DNA of 60,078 nucleotides, counting the filler, from Nemertoderma westbladi (lineage: Eukaryota > Animalia > Xenacoelomorpha), in NCBI GenBank assembly GCA_032718475.1. It is 2 parts of 2 records of this genome, joined end to end, with 100 filler letters (N's around TTAATTAATTAA, not from the genome) between each part and the next. Parts side by side here need not be neighbours in the genome. Positions count along the whole stretch, not along the records: positions 1 to 28,560 come from JAUCBJ010003576.1; 1 more part is not named here. One strand, given 5' to 3'. Under the pieces are notes generated by a model. That model worked only from the letters and a program-made list of their open reading frames with translations. It searched no databases and was not told the DNA's origin. Positions 1 through 12,100 of this stretch are shown here, one piece after another (the first letter of the stretch is position 1; every line of letters starts with the position of its first letter). A program made the position numbers and the translations under genes.

Positions 1-25
1 TGCCTTCACACTAGTCGAAGAATGG

Positions 26-3000
26 GTGGCCGAAGAGATAGGATTGAGAACAAGGCCAAGCAGAATGGCGGTAACAACCATCTCTAGCAAAGATGAGATC
101 CTGGAGATGAGAACAGGACGGTGCGCAATTGCAGCAGTGGCACCGGGATGCGACTATGGGGCAACCATCGACCCCATCCAAGTGATAGAGTCAATTAATA
201 TCAATGCCAGGCAGCCAACCAACATCGAGGTCGAGCAATACAAATTCCTGGACGACATTGACTTCTCAATCCAGATGTGGACGTTAGGAAGGTATCCATC
301 ATAGTAGGAATGGACTGCCCAACGGCCCACGAAAGAATGCAAACGGTCTTCGGCGAAGACAAGCAGTGCGACCCGGTGGCGATATTAACACCATTCGGGT
401 GGACGCTGAGTGGCCCAATCAAGAGCAAGATACCATTTAGGATGTCGGAGACATCAGGATGCATGTTCGCGGGAACAATGCAGGAAATGGGTGATGAGGG
501 AGCAGAGGAGCAGCTTAAAAGACTGCTCAGACAAGATTTCGAGGGGCTGAAAGAAACCGGGGTCGGGACCTCGGTAGAAGACAAACAGGCTTTACAAAGC
601 GTAGAAGAATCGATGAAGTGTGACGAGGGGCGGTATACTATAGGAATGGTATGGAAACTACCGAAAATACCACTGCCCGATAACAGAGGGATGGTACTCA
701 CGAGACTCCGCAAGCTGAAACAAACACTAAAACGGAGCCCCGAGAAGAATGAGTACATCCACAGAACGATTAAGAAGTACGTCGAGAAAGGATGGGCCGT
801 GGAGTTACCGGTCGACGAACCGAACACGGACAGGACATATTACCTGCCACTCCACGTGGCTTTAGACCCAAAGAAAGGTAAACTAAGGATGGTAGTCGAC
901 GCATCGGCAAAGACCGACGGAAAATGCTTAAACGATTACCTGTTAGAAGGCCCAAATATTTACAATTCGGGCATAGAGGTGTTACTTAGATTTCGAAATG
1001 GGAAACACGCCTTCACGTGTGACATAGAAGGCATGTTCAACCAAGTCCGTGTAACGGAAGAAGATAGCGACAGTCAACGCTTCTTATGGTATAACGGCGA
1101 GGAAGAACCGTCGATAATACCGGCATACAAGATGGTAGTACAGAACATGGGGGCGAAGTCGTCTTCATTTAAGACGACTATGGCAGTGAGAGACACAGTG
1201 AAAGGGAAGGACGATAGATACAGCAGTAGGGCCGTCGATATGATTCGACGCGGCTTCTACGTAGACGACGGAATGGAGTCTGGGAATACGGTTAAGGAGA
1301 TACTGGACACAGGGCGCGAGGTTCGCGACATCCTAAAAGGATCCGGCTTTAACCTGACCAAATTCCAATCCAGTTCGGAAGAATTTATCAAGGCAATAGA
1401 AGACAAGAGGCCAGAATCGACCATGGATAATCCAACAACAGTCAAAGGGCAGGACATGGCGAATAGGAGAACACAATCTCAACAGAAGGCATTGGGAATC
1501 GTGTGGGATAGAGAGACAGACAAACTGAAGTATCAGCTGAGCCAGGAGGGCGCAGACACCCATACGAAGAGGGGCTATGTATCGTATATAGCAAGGATAT
1601 ACGATCCCCTAGGCCTAGCATCCCCATTATTAGTCACGGGGAAACAGATACTCAAGAGAGTATACAAATTGAAGGATGAGTGGGACGTAGAGGTACCAGG
1701 GGAAATCAAGAAACAGTGGAGTAAGTGGACAGGTGACTTGGAGAAGATGGGAACATACAACATGCCACGAGTGTATTTCCCGGATGGGAACATGACGAAT
1801 CTGGACTTACACATGTTCTCCGATGCGTCGTTGGAGGCGTACGGAGCGGCACTCTATTTAGTACAACGAGAGGGGGCTCAAAAGCCCAGACTAGCCTTTA
1901 GCAAAGCAAAGTCGACGCCGCCAGATTCAGCATCAGTTCCCAAGTTAGAATTGACAGCTGCGAGACTAGGAGTAAGAGCCACAGCCTACCTAGTGGATAC
2001 TATTCCCAACATAGTGGAGACACACTACTGGACGGACTCCATGGTAGTGCTTGGTTGGCTACATAACGAAAGGACCAGATATCCGATATTCGTCGCAAAT
2101 AGAGTGGACGAGATAAGGGCGACCACAGAACTGGAAAGGTGGCACTACTGCCCAACAGACGAGAACCCAGCGGACTTGTTGTCGAGGGGCGTGGTACGCC
2201 ACACTTTCTTGAAGAAGGAAGTATTGTGGCAACATGGGCCACAATTTCTGAGCAATAAGGAGGCCTGGCCGCCGATGAGAAAGGTGGATCCGGGCTCAGA
2301 AGTAGTGTCAGAGGGAGAAGAAGGAGATTCGGAGGGAGAAGAGATATACTCCCAGATGGTGAGGGAGATTAGGGACGTGCAACCAAAACGAGAACTGTGC
2401 GATAACCCGACGGATAAACTCCTCAGCTACAGTTCTAGTTGGTATAAGACCAAGAAACTAGTGGCGTACTGGAGAGCCTTCGGGAATTTCCTCGCGGGAG
2501 TCGGCAAGAACAAGAAGATCAAGACATACATAGATCTGGAAGGAGCGGCCAAGGCAATCATCCGCTATGAACAACGAAAGAACTATGGCGACGAGGTGGA
2601 ACGCGTCGGTAACCAACAACACCTTTGACGGGACAGCGAGCTGATCGCACTGTCGCCACAACTTAACGACAACGGGATTCTAGTGATGAACTCTAGGGTG
2701 GGATACAACAACAGCATAATTGTGCCACCGAAGCCCATCATAATCCCCACAGGATCGCCGATAGTTCACCAGATTATCTGGGACTCCCACAAGTCGATAT
2801 TGCACGGGGGCACCAACAGAACTCTCACGGAGATAAGGAGAACCTTTTGGGTCAAACAGTTAAGGAAGAAGGTAAAAGCGGTGGTGGGGCAGTGCCAGAC
2901 CTGCCGACGAGCGAAGAAGGAGCGAGCCATACAAGAGATGGCGCCACTACCAGCTAGTAGAGTAAGACAGCACGACCCGCCATTTACGCATTGCGGTGTG

Positions 3001-3897
3001 GACATGTTCGGGCCGATAAAGATCAAGGTGATGCGGCACACGGAGAAACGCTACAGCATCATCTTCGTATGTAACAACACGCGGGCAGTAGGGATAGAAC
3101 TCGCCCAGGATGCAACCGCATCAGCATTCATTAATGCCTTAGAAAGATTTAGAGACCGCAAAGGTGGGACGATCGCAGTGATATACAGCGACAACGGCAC
3201 AAACTTTGTGGGCGCAGAGAATGAGATGGCAGAGGCCTTGGACATCTTGGAAGGGGAGGAAGTCAGGGCGGCCATGAGAAGACGACAAGTAAAGTGGGAG
3301 AGAAGGACGCCATATGCACCACATACACTAGGATGCGTCGAGAGACTGGTGGGCAGTTCAAAGCGTCTAATGACGAAGCTAATGAACACCCACATGGTCA
3401 CTGAGGACGTCTTACGGACAGTGCTTGCGAAGTGCGAGGGGATCATTAATAGCAGACCTCTATATCCGGAGAATGATGACCCTGAGTCACTAGACGTGCT
3501 GACGCCTAGCCATTTTCTAATGGAAAGGCCAGCGACCATCGACATGCGGGGTGTAGATCCAGACGACATACACTCCCGCCAGAGTTGGAAAGTCGCTAAA
3601 GCAATAAGCGCGGAATATTGGGGGAGGTGGGTTGAAGAATACCTACCCACGCTCCATAAAAGAAGCAAATGGAGGAAGCCGAATAGGGAGTTAAGAGTAG
3701 GAGATCTCGTAATCGTCACGGATGATACTATCATCAACAACCAATGGCGGTTGGCGAGAATTGTAGGCACTTACTCCGATGAGGACGGAAGAGTCCGATC
3801 GGTAGAAGTGCGGATAAGTGGTAAGATAGGTGCGAAGGACAGAAAAACCTACAGGAGAGCTGTAGGCAAATGCTGTCTGCTAGAAGGGGCACCTTAG
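26..3897 (+). pseudogene. pol: BEL/Pao pol (protease tail, RT, RNase H, integrase, C-terminal DUF5641-like domain) with one frameshift near 275 and one in-frame TGA at 2626-2628
   Basis: Motifs AILTPFGW, YYLPLH, KLRMVVDAS, DIEGMF, FYVDD, FSDAS, PKLEL, WTDS, NPADLLSRG, GVDMFGP, SDNGTNF, ERLV, INSRPL, LTPSHFL, WGRWVEEYL. ORFs 277..2628 and 2683..3897 are in the same frame and read HL*RDSELIALSPQLNDNGILV across the stop. Confidence 0.95.
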
Positions 3898-4009
3898 TAG
3901 AGTTAGATAAGAGTTTAGTCGTCCAAGAATTGGACTGAGGGGGGTGGGATTAAGGGCGAGACGCCCTTCCCACACAAAAAATACAAAATAAAATAAAATA
4001 ATAGTACAT

Positions 4010-4300
4010 AGTAGGTACGCAGTTAGTAGGCAGAAGTTAGTTAAGAGGTACGTAGTACCTTTAGTTAGTTAGTTAGGAGGTACGTAGTACCTAGAGTTAG
4101 TTAGTCAGTAAGAAGGTACGTAGTACCGCTAGTTAGGGAGTTAGAGGGTACGTAGTACCGTTAGTTAGTCAGTAAGAAGGTACGTAGTACCATTAGTTAG
4201 AGAGTTAGAGGGTACGTAGTACCGTTAGTTAGAGAAGAGTTAGAGGGTACATAGTACCGTTAGTTAGAGAGTTAGAGGGTACGTAGTACCGCTAGTTAGA
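4010..4300 (+). repeat. Tandem array, about 27-35 bp unit with palindromic core GGTACGTAGTACC (left half)
   Basis: About 9 copies of ggtacgtagtacc separated by ttag/agag-rich linkers. Confidence 0.9.
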
Positions 4301-4305
4301 GAAGG

Positions 4306-6517
4306 TGTTACGGTATATGGCGCTGTATCCACATTATTAGTCATTATGCAGTATGCAATATTAGTCCGTTATGCAGTATGCAATATTAGTCCGTTATACT
4401 GTACGTAATATTAGTCCGTTGTGCAGCATAATATTTTAGATAAGGCATAATAACGCAATGATATTTAGATAGGGAATTCGAAACACCCATATATTTGAAT
4501 CCATCCATTTTGTATAGTATGTAGCCCTACCTACGTAATTTTGTATTAGGATATATGTAGATAGTCCCAGGGTAGCAAGTTTATTCGGACCCTGGATTTT
4601 GTGCTTGCTGATATTAGCATCAATAGGGCTATCATATAGGGACGCTGTCCTGGCCATTCAGCAGCCAGGGACGCGAACCATTACCATATATGGTAATAAT
4701 TCGAGGTTTGGGCAAGCGATAGGGCTACAATCCGGCCTCCTTATTGGACTAACTGCTTCCAGGTTGGTCTGATGCTAGCACGGACTGGAGAGCCAATAGG
4801 AGAGCGATTGAGTCACCCTATTGCATCACCCCATCCGGATCACCTATAAATTGGCGGTGTGCCGGTAGAGCCTTATATGACACCTCACATGATCTGCTAT
4901 CACCTTTTGTACTTGCTGAGCTGTCCCTATTCATTTTTGACGGATATTTTAGCGTATTTTCTGCAATTTGCTAATTTTGATTAGTTTCTTGAAATGATTT
5001 GCTAGTGCGATTACCCTTGCTTGTGTTTCTCAATTAATTCCTTCGATTACTGCTAATTACAACTGAACTATGATTTCTACCTTTTGATTAATGGTTCTAT
5101 GTGATTCTTTTCTGCGCAATAATCCTAAGGGATTTCTGAGACTGTCAGACTTTGTGATTTGCATGCGCCGCTACGGTAGCTATTAGCATAATGGAGGGCT
5201 AAGGCGCCAGTGGGCGGTGGGCACATCGGGGGGTTAGCGACGAAGGGAGAGCGGAGGATTCAAAAGCGGGCAACGCTGGCGGGGAGTCACCGTTGCGGTC
5301 GGGTAGTTAACGCTGTGGTATGCAGACCAATCGCTGGTACAGTAATTAGGGGGCTGATGATCCAGGTTTCGTCTCTATTTAGTATTAGGGGGGCAGGAAT
5401 CAGGTTAGTTAGGAGTCCTATATGTACCCGGGAGAGGCCTGCACGTATCACAACGTTGAGTGTGGAGTACGAGTAGTGAATCGCATAATTGTGGGCTATA
5501 CAGTAGTTAACTGCATAATTGCGAACTGTGATTGCTGACGCTGATTGGTGTGTTACTGAAGTGTGCCTATGATTGCGAATGTTTAGGTAGGCGCTCTTTT
5601 CTCTTTGATTGATTTCTATTTCTTAGTTACAACAATTAGTTACTGATTAGGTCAAAGTAATACGGCAATGTAGGCTATTACTAGCGAAACCTGTTGCGTG
5701 ATAAATTAGAATTACGTATTCTGGAACTCTTAGTAATTAGTACGCTGTTAAATATTTGTGACTGTAATTGATTAGTAAAAATTAAGAATTAGTACGCAGC
5801 ATAGCGGAGAGTAGCTAAGGTAATAATTAGAGTACTGTAAACTATTCACACTGAGCGGTTATTTGCATTAGCGGGCAATCAGCTAGAACGCACTATTCGG
5901 CACACACGAAACGCTAGTAATTTGCTGGCCTAAAGCCAGCTGCAGGCAAGTTTAGACCCAGAGCGGTACTATCCACGAGAGACAAATACTGTACCATTTT
6001 GATATTTAAATATTCTCGCATTCACACATACGTTAGAGAACCCCCAGTATTCGCGATTAGAAAGGACGTAGGCAATAGCGTGCTTTAATAGTGATAAATT
6101 TAGGCGTAGGAATACTCTGAGTGCAAAGCTTCTCGCACTCGTCTTAAGTAAGCTTAGGGAGCCGACTCGGGTTTATTGTTTTGGTTATTCCCGCGTGGCT
6201 CATAGATTCGAACAGTTAGCTCTCTGTCGAGCAATCGGTAGAGAAAGGAACAAGCGATTTTGCAAGAGCTGTGTAAAATTAGTAAAATATATTAGCGGAC
6301 GGCAGATTAGCGCCATCTAACGGTAAGTAGCGGTTTTGTATTTAGCAACCTTTACAATTTAGTAATATCACGCTCCTGATCCCCTTTACTTAACAGTAGA
6401 GCAGCCTTTGTGTCTTATTGGTTAGGCGAGAGCTCATTAGGTTGGCAGAAGGATATTAACGGGTATTGGTCTGTTCAACAGTTCTGCTGTTAGTATAGGT
6501 GTCGCGGTTGTTTATCA
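4306..6517 (+). mobile_element. Solo LTR (2.2 kb) inserted into the tandem array of element A
   Basis: Starts TGTTA, ends TATCA; flanked by 5-bp direct repeat GAAGG (4301-4305 and 6518-6522); no coding capacity; splits the array into two halves. Confidence 0.8.
4741..4850 (+). promoter_or_regulatory. Putative LTR promoter (CCAAT boxes plus TATA box)
   Basis: ATTGG near 4743, CCAAT near 4793 and CCTATAAA at about 4843-4850 inside the solo LTR. Confidence 0.4.
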
Positions 6518-6522
6518 GAAGG

Positions 6523-6740
6523 GTTAGAGGGTGCGTAGGTACGTAGTACCGTTAGTTAGAGAAGAGTTAGAGGGTACGTAGTACCGTTAGTTAGAGAAGA
6601 GTTAGAGGGTACGTAGTACCGTTAGTTAGAGAAGAGTTAGAGGGTACGTAGTACCGTTAGTTAGAGGAGAGTTAGAGGGTACGTAGTACCGTTAGTTAGT
6701 TAGAATTAGAGTTAGAGGGTACGTAGTACCGTTAGTTAGG
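6523..6740 (+). repeat. 35-bp tandem array with palindromic core GGTACGTAGTACC (right half)
   Basis: Unit gggtacgtagtaccgttagttagagaagagttaga, about 6 copies. Confidence 0.9.
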
Positions 6741-7172
6741 AGAGAGAGAGTAAGAGGTAAAAGGGGAATATAAGATATAGATATTAGTTAGCAGTTAGTA
6801 GCAAGAGGGGGGCATAGGAGTACAGTTGCATAGATCGTGTAGGCAGCGCGACATATACTGCTGTACTGCACAGGCCCACAGAGTAGACCAGAATGTGGAT
6901 TAGGAGATAGAATAATCCATCCATAGGCAGTAGCAAGTAATAGGAAACAGTAAGGTAGCAGGATTGAAATTAAAATCAAAATAAAATTAGAATAAGAATA
7001 GGGCTAAGAAGGGGAACAAATTATGGTAACAGTAGTAAGAATAGGCAATAACTCGAAAATTCAGAAAGAGATAGGCCATCGAACTGAGCTTAAACCACCT
7101 AAACCCATCACTCATCACGTTTGCGCCTTGGCAAGGCACCACTTACGGGTGAGCGATCGGGCAGAGTTCGAG

Positions 7173-8067
7173 ATGGCAGGCAAACTTGTGAGAGAGGAGA
7201 GAAGCAGAGGAGAGGGAGGAGGAAGCTTGGGCGCAGAGCTACGGCTTCGAGGAACAAGCAGCCTTAGACGAACTTCGTTGGGCTTCGTCAGGGAGTTCGG
7301 GGGAGTCTCTATGGAAAGAACTAGGGTGGATGGTGGGACCACCGAAACAGTCAACGTCGGGATTGCAAGCGATTCCCACACCAGCGGGCGCCGAGGGCGA
7401 CCAACCGCAAAGGAGGCTAGGGGAGCTTGAGGAATGGAGAGTTACGGGCAGGAACCAAGGTGGAAAGGGACATAGTGGATCCACCGGGATACCGGGGTTG
7501 GAACCACTGCGAGAGGAGGACGAGGACGACGACGAGTTCGGAGAAATGCCGCCCATCGAAAGGATAGGCCACTCGGACACGGACTGGGTTGGCGGGAGGG
7601 TGGTGACGACCAGTGGGGCGAGAGCCTTCTGGGACAAACCCGGCAAGCGGGCCTGGGTGCACAAGGAGCCGGCGATGGATTTCGCGGGGAGCACTATCAG
7701 GTTGGGCAAGCAACCGGGGACGGCACCACGGGTAGTATTCGGGGAGACGATGCCCGAGAGGGGCGGAGAGATCGACGTAGACAGAGACGCTAACGTGGAG
7801 AAATTCGCCTATCAGCGACTCCACAGACCGCGGAGATCGCTTGGGATGAAAGACGACGTGGGGCGGGAGACATTGGTACTCGGTTGCGGCTACTGTGGGA
7901 GACAGACCCACCAGAAAAGGAGCTGCTTGTACCGGTTCCAGAAAGGGACCAGCTGTGTCTACTGCCACGAGAAGAGCCACAGGATGGGAGCGTGTCCACG
8001 GTTGCAGAACCGATGTCCGAAGTGCAACTTTCGGGGACACCACGGACGCCAAGGAGGGATGGACTGA
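7173..8067 (+). CDS. Extra ORF of element A encoding a protein with C-terminal CCHC zinc knuckles; probable start at ATG 7173 with a frameshift near 7190-7200
   Basis: Frame of ORF 7330..8067 is open from 7192 (EAEEREEEAWAQSYGFEEQ...); C-terminus has CGYCGRQTHQKRSC and CVYCHEKSHRMGAC (both CX2CX4HX4C) plus a degenerate CPKCNFRGH. Confidence 0.7.
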
Positions 8068-8758
8068 GGCTTTGATGTAGTGCGCCTGGAAGGCGCCACG
8101 TGAGACGTACGAACTATTAAGTACAAATCTAATTAATGCAAATAATCATATAAGTGCAATTTTGTATGTACGTAAGTAGTAATCAGTAATCTACAAATAT
8201 TTACGTTCGGAGTAAGTACTATAGTCATACAACCTTTCTCAATTAGCTACTGGGACTGGGGGGATAACTGACTATAGCACTATGGACAAGACACCAGACG
8301 ATTTCACACTTCTTGAGTGCGATGGCACAAAAGGGGGGGGAGATCCGTCAGAAGGGGTGAGGAAGTCGAAGTGGGGTTGAGGGACGGAGTAATGGTGCGA
8401 AGTGCGCAGAGAGTGCGGACGCAATTCTAGTGTGGGGGGGGGGGGGGGGAGAATGAGAGGCTGAGTGAGGGACGAGGAGGTCCGAGGGTATATGAGAGTT
8501 AGAGTGAGGGTGGAGTAGAGTCAAGGGCGAAAGTGTTGGGGAAACAAAAGTTGCGCGAGAGGTGAGCGCGATTGGCCCGACATGAGACGCCAGGCATAGA
8601 GGGTAGCGTTATCATACCCATAGGGAGCGGCCTGGAAAGCCGGCTCCGAGAGAAAAGAATTCCACCCCACACCCGATATTAGATCGGGATCCAGCGGGAT
8701 TGCAGCGCACTTTTTTGGTTGATGCTATCTTCTTACCGGGAAGATAGCATGGGGGGAG

Positions 8759-9146
8759 TGTTAGCTTATTCAATCCCGCTAACACCCCATAAAGTTAAGC
8801 CGATAAGCAATATTGGGGGCCACGAGGTTGGGTAATCACCAACTCGTGTCACCCCAATAAGAATGGGAAGGAGAGGCACACAATGAGGGTCAGGGGCCAA
8901 ACCCCTAACCCAGAGAGAACAGGTGGAGTGAAGGGGATCACTCCAAAGGGCGCCAACAAGGGTATCAACTAATCAGAGGGGGGAAAGGCATCGATTGAGT
9001 AGCAATAAGGCCACCGTGCAATATAACCAGTAACCTGTAATCATATCAATTCAGTTATCTCAGTGCAATACTGGTGCTAGGTTAGTTAGTTTAGTTAGGG
9101 AAGGACCGGGACTTTAGTTACCGTATCCCGCCTTCCGTGTACAACA
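8759..9146 (+). repeat. 3' LTR of element A (388 bp)
   Basis: Begins TGTT directly after the PPT and ends AACA; different sequence follows. The 5' LTR is not available for comparison. Confidence 0.65.
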
Positions 9147-9176
9147 ACCTATATCTATATCTTATTAGACTGATCA

Positions 9177-12100
9177 TTATATACACCGAACATCAGAACT
9201 CATTTTACTCTTTACACACGGCGGGGACGCGTGAACTAAACATCGGATAAATCGGGATCCCTCCTGGATCCCGTCACACTGCCTTTGAGCTGACTCCGCT
9301 CTAGGAACTCGTAGTTTGTTGTTTATTAGGGCCTTAGAGGCAACCAATGCAACCTTAATTCCATCTGGAGTTTCAACCCTCAGGTAGGCTACTATACCTA
9401 TTCCCATATCGCTGGCGTCTCCAAACACATGGAGTTGATAGGAATATGTGGGGAGAACGTGACCAAAATATGAACGGGAAATCTTAAAGTTCTCGATGGA
9501 TGGTAGAGAATCTTCCCATTTCATCCACTTCTTTAGCAGTTCTCCCTTAAGTGGATCATCCCACGAGTGGTTTTCGAGCCACATTTGTTGCACTAAGCTC
9601 CGAGCAACTAATATAACTGGGCTAATAAATCCCAATGGATCGAAATAAGTGCTCAGGATACTTAGACAAATCCGTTTAGTTCTAACTGGATTATCTCGTT
9701 GTTTTAACTTAAAGAATAGGATATCTCTCTCCGTGTCCCATTTTAATCCAAGAGTTTTGGTTTCCGGAAGATCGTCCTTAATGAGGTCTAGATCTTTAAC
9801 ACCTCGGTCTTCTACTGGGATTGATTCCAGAAACTCACAGGAGTTACTAGTGAATTTGGTTAGCCAAAATCCACCGCGTTGCAAGCACTCTACTGTTCCC
9901 TTGGCAACATCAATGGCTTCCATCTTGTTGTCCATGTATATATCCCGTTTGATGTTGTCGATAACCGCTTTAGAGAAGGCGTCTTGGTTGTCATTGGCAG
10001 TGGTACGCACTACCGAACAAGCGTTCGAGGGGCTCGAAATGATCCCAAAAGCCTGGATGGTCATCCAGTACTCCACCGGTTTTCGGTTGAGGTCTCCTTC
10101 AGGCCACCACATAAATCGTAGGCTGTCTCGATCCCTATCTAGCGCCTTGACTTGTAAGAACATGCCTTTGATGTCCAAAGCGAATGCGATAGAATATTGC
10201 TGCAGTCTTAGTAATTTTCCCAACAAAGATTAGAGTAAGTTGGGTCCCGGCAACAGTTCTGAATTCAGGGATTGACCCATGTAAAGGGCAGAGCCGTCAA
10301 ACACTACCCGGACTTCATTGGGTTTACCGGGCTTGGGAACGTAATGATGTGTTAGATAATACGTTCTCTCCATTATGGGTGTTTCTTCCAGAACTCGCTC
10401 CGCGTATCCCTTATCAATTAATTTCTTTAGTTGGGTTTTATACATTTCCCTGGCTTGAACGGTAGACGTCAGACGCCGATGTTGTTGTGCGATTCTCTTT
10501 TCCGCTAAAGGTTGGTTATTTATGAAGCTGGGTTCTCGCTGTTGGAACGGAAGACCAATCTCATAGCGACCTTTGTCTTTCAGAGAACGTGTAGTTGTTT
10601 CCTGAATCTGCTTGGCTCTCTCATCTTCAACAGAAAAAGCCTTGTCGTAGGAATTAGGCTCTACAGCTTCTTGAGTAAAGAATCATACGGCGTGTTCTTC
10701 GCGGATTTTGTTATTGTATCGATCTATCACTTCGTTTAATTCATCGTTATAGGTAAATTGTTCGCCAGGTTGATTGATAAGATGGCATAGGTTGACTTGG
10801 TTTAACCAAGTTTGTTTCTCAGTGAGAAGATCAATGGCGTTTTCCTCATCATATAAAGGGCTTAATGCTGTCATTGTCTGAGGAGTATGGAGTTTCCTCA
10901 GCTGGAATTTCTTCTTCACTCATTTCTTCTTCCCATTCACTCACCTGGTGAATTTGTTCACTTGGAAGTCTTTCCATTAACGTTCTATGGGAAGGTCCAG
11001 TGAAGTACCAACCTACTCTCGTTCTTCCCGCATACGTCCGAAGTGGTTGCGGTCGAGCAGGCCATTTTTCTAATGTCTCAAGCGCTTCGTGCGCATTTTG
11101 GCCGAGTAAAATCTGTACCCCTGGATAATCCGTATTGAATCTAGGTATACTGTGTTGCTGGGTAAAATGGTTCAAAGTTCTTTATCGCTACCATTTTGAC
11201 CGACCTTACACTATTTTCTCCTAATTCATCCTGGGGAGTGGAAAACGCACCCATGTAGTAATCTGTAGCTACTGTGGATTTCCAAACCTGCATAATTCCG
11301 GAAAGGTTCAATTTGGTTCGGAACTTTGGTTTACCAGCAAAGATGTCTTTGGCTAGTTCTTTGTCGATAAAGGTGCCTGTGCTGCAGGAGTCAAGGAGTG
11401 CGTTTACTATCAAGCTCTTCCCTATCCCATGGACTCTCAGTTGCACCACCGGAAATTCTCGGATACTGACAGATGAAGTTGGCGCTTTCCAAGATGGCTG
11501 TCGATCCGGAATAGACAGTCGGGAATCTTCTCCTTCAGTTTCTGTCTCGTACGTAAGTGCTCGATACACAGCTTGTGTTGATCATATAACAGGATTCATT
11601 TTCGTTGGAGAATTCGTGAGTGTAGAATCCTTCCATCTTCGAACTGTGGTCAGTGTCATTCACATCACTGAATTGGACATGTATTTCGTCTCACTTACCT
11701 GACTCGTGCGGGTTCGGTCAAATTCTGTGTGCAGCAAGATATGATGTTTCGCGCCGCACTTAGCACACCTTGCATCTGAGTAACAGGTCCGCCGTTGTTG
11801 TCCTTGTCTGAGACAATTATAACACAACCGCTTATCGCACATGACATCACGTCTATCCTTTAGGGATTTCTTCAAGAATACATCACATCCACTCAAGCGA
11901 TGGGGCCCGTCGCACAATACACATTTAGGTTTGATGTTACTTACTTTAACCTGTGTTGTGTTTTGCACACTTGTTCTTTATTCGGGCTTTCTTCCATGAA
12001 TTATCTTGGGAGACGTAGGGGGAGTTGTTACCTGTTCTCTCCTGTCACTGGTTCGAGACTTAGATTTACTTACGTCTTTCCTAACTTTATTGACATAATA

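Larger units (their letters stand above)
1..9146 (+). mobile_element. BEL/Pao LTR retrotransposon (element A); 5' part lies outside the window
   Basis: Pol domain order RT-RNaseH-integrase-DUF5641-like tail with Pao-type motifs; polypurine tract GGGGGGAG (8751-8758) followed by a TGTT...AACA segment. Confidence 0.9.

Noticed and set aside
201-3770. Antisense ORFs over pol (201-827, 3051-3770) and similar shadows at 7417-8052, 9649-10233 and 23644-24138
   Set aside because: Shadow frames of real coding sequence with no recognisable motifs
7940-8045. Nanos-type zinc finger in the extra ORF
   Set aside because: CPRLQNRCPKC superficially recalls Nanos, but the spacing is CX2CX4HX4C, not the longer Nanos CCHC spacing
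9147-9278. 3' LTR of element B starting at minus-strand TGTGAC
   Set aside because: No matching second copy, and that sequence still reads as pol (KGSVTGSR) in a shifted frame
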